A model generated the notes under the pieces. The model ran no database searches. It was given only the letters and a program-made list of their open reading frames with translations, and was not told the DNA's origin. This document shows, in pieces, positions 63,849 to 64,000 of a stretch of 64,000 nucleotides of DNA (positions are counted from its first letter, which is position 1; each line of letters starts with the position of its first letter). Location of the stretch: the NCBI GenBank assembly GCA_028867075.1, contig JAGWGZ010000001.1, positions 26,660 through 90,659 of the forward strand, read 5' to 3'. The position numbers and the translations under genes were made by a program. Origin of the DNA: Nanobdellota archaeon. GTDB lineage: Archaea; Nanobdellota; Nanobdellia; Pacearchaeales; GW2011-AR1.

Positions 63849-64000
63849 CCCTAGTAAGACAATTCTTGTTTGAGCTTATTTATAATTTTAACAGTATTAA
63901 CGCGGCCCGCCGCGATATTAAGGATTTTTAGTTTTCCAGGGATATCGCAGATTTATTTTAGATTTTTTAAAGCTCGGAAATTCGCAATATGTAATTATTC

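Overview
Gene-dense archaeal chromosome segment from a DPANN lineage, most likely Pacearchaeota/Woesearchaeota (inferred from TFB, TFE, GINS, eS1/eS8/eS17/eL42, GatDE, short intergenic spacers and TATA boxes about 28-30 nt before start codons). Most of it is housekeeping: SRP54/FtsY, Bud32, five aminoacyl-tRNA synthetases, a GatCAB/GatDE/AspRS cluster, RNase Z, tRNA splicing endonuclease and 10 tRNA genes, one with a 96-nt intron. It also carries a clustered glycolysis/lactate fermentation block. Two things stand out. (1) A surface locus at 10306-20250 encodes a class III signal-peptide protein followed by a 2678-aa Cys-rich secreted protein with one apparently intact lytic-transglycosylase (SLT) domain and two degenerate SLT-like repeats, a candidate peptidoglycan-targeting attachment or attack apparatus. 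(2) A dispersed, transcript-oriented motif (purine-rich GG(G)AAR..TT followed by a RAAACC-loop-GGTT hairpin) ends at the 5' end of four tRNAs, covers the SD/ATG of glyS (whose product has an extra N-terminal domain), follows endA and recurs in the tRNA-Arg intron. No CRISPR array, rRNA, integrase or intact transposase was seen. All calls come from motif recognition by eye; no database searches were run.
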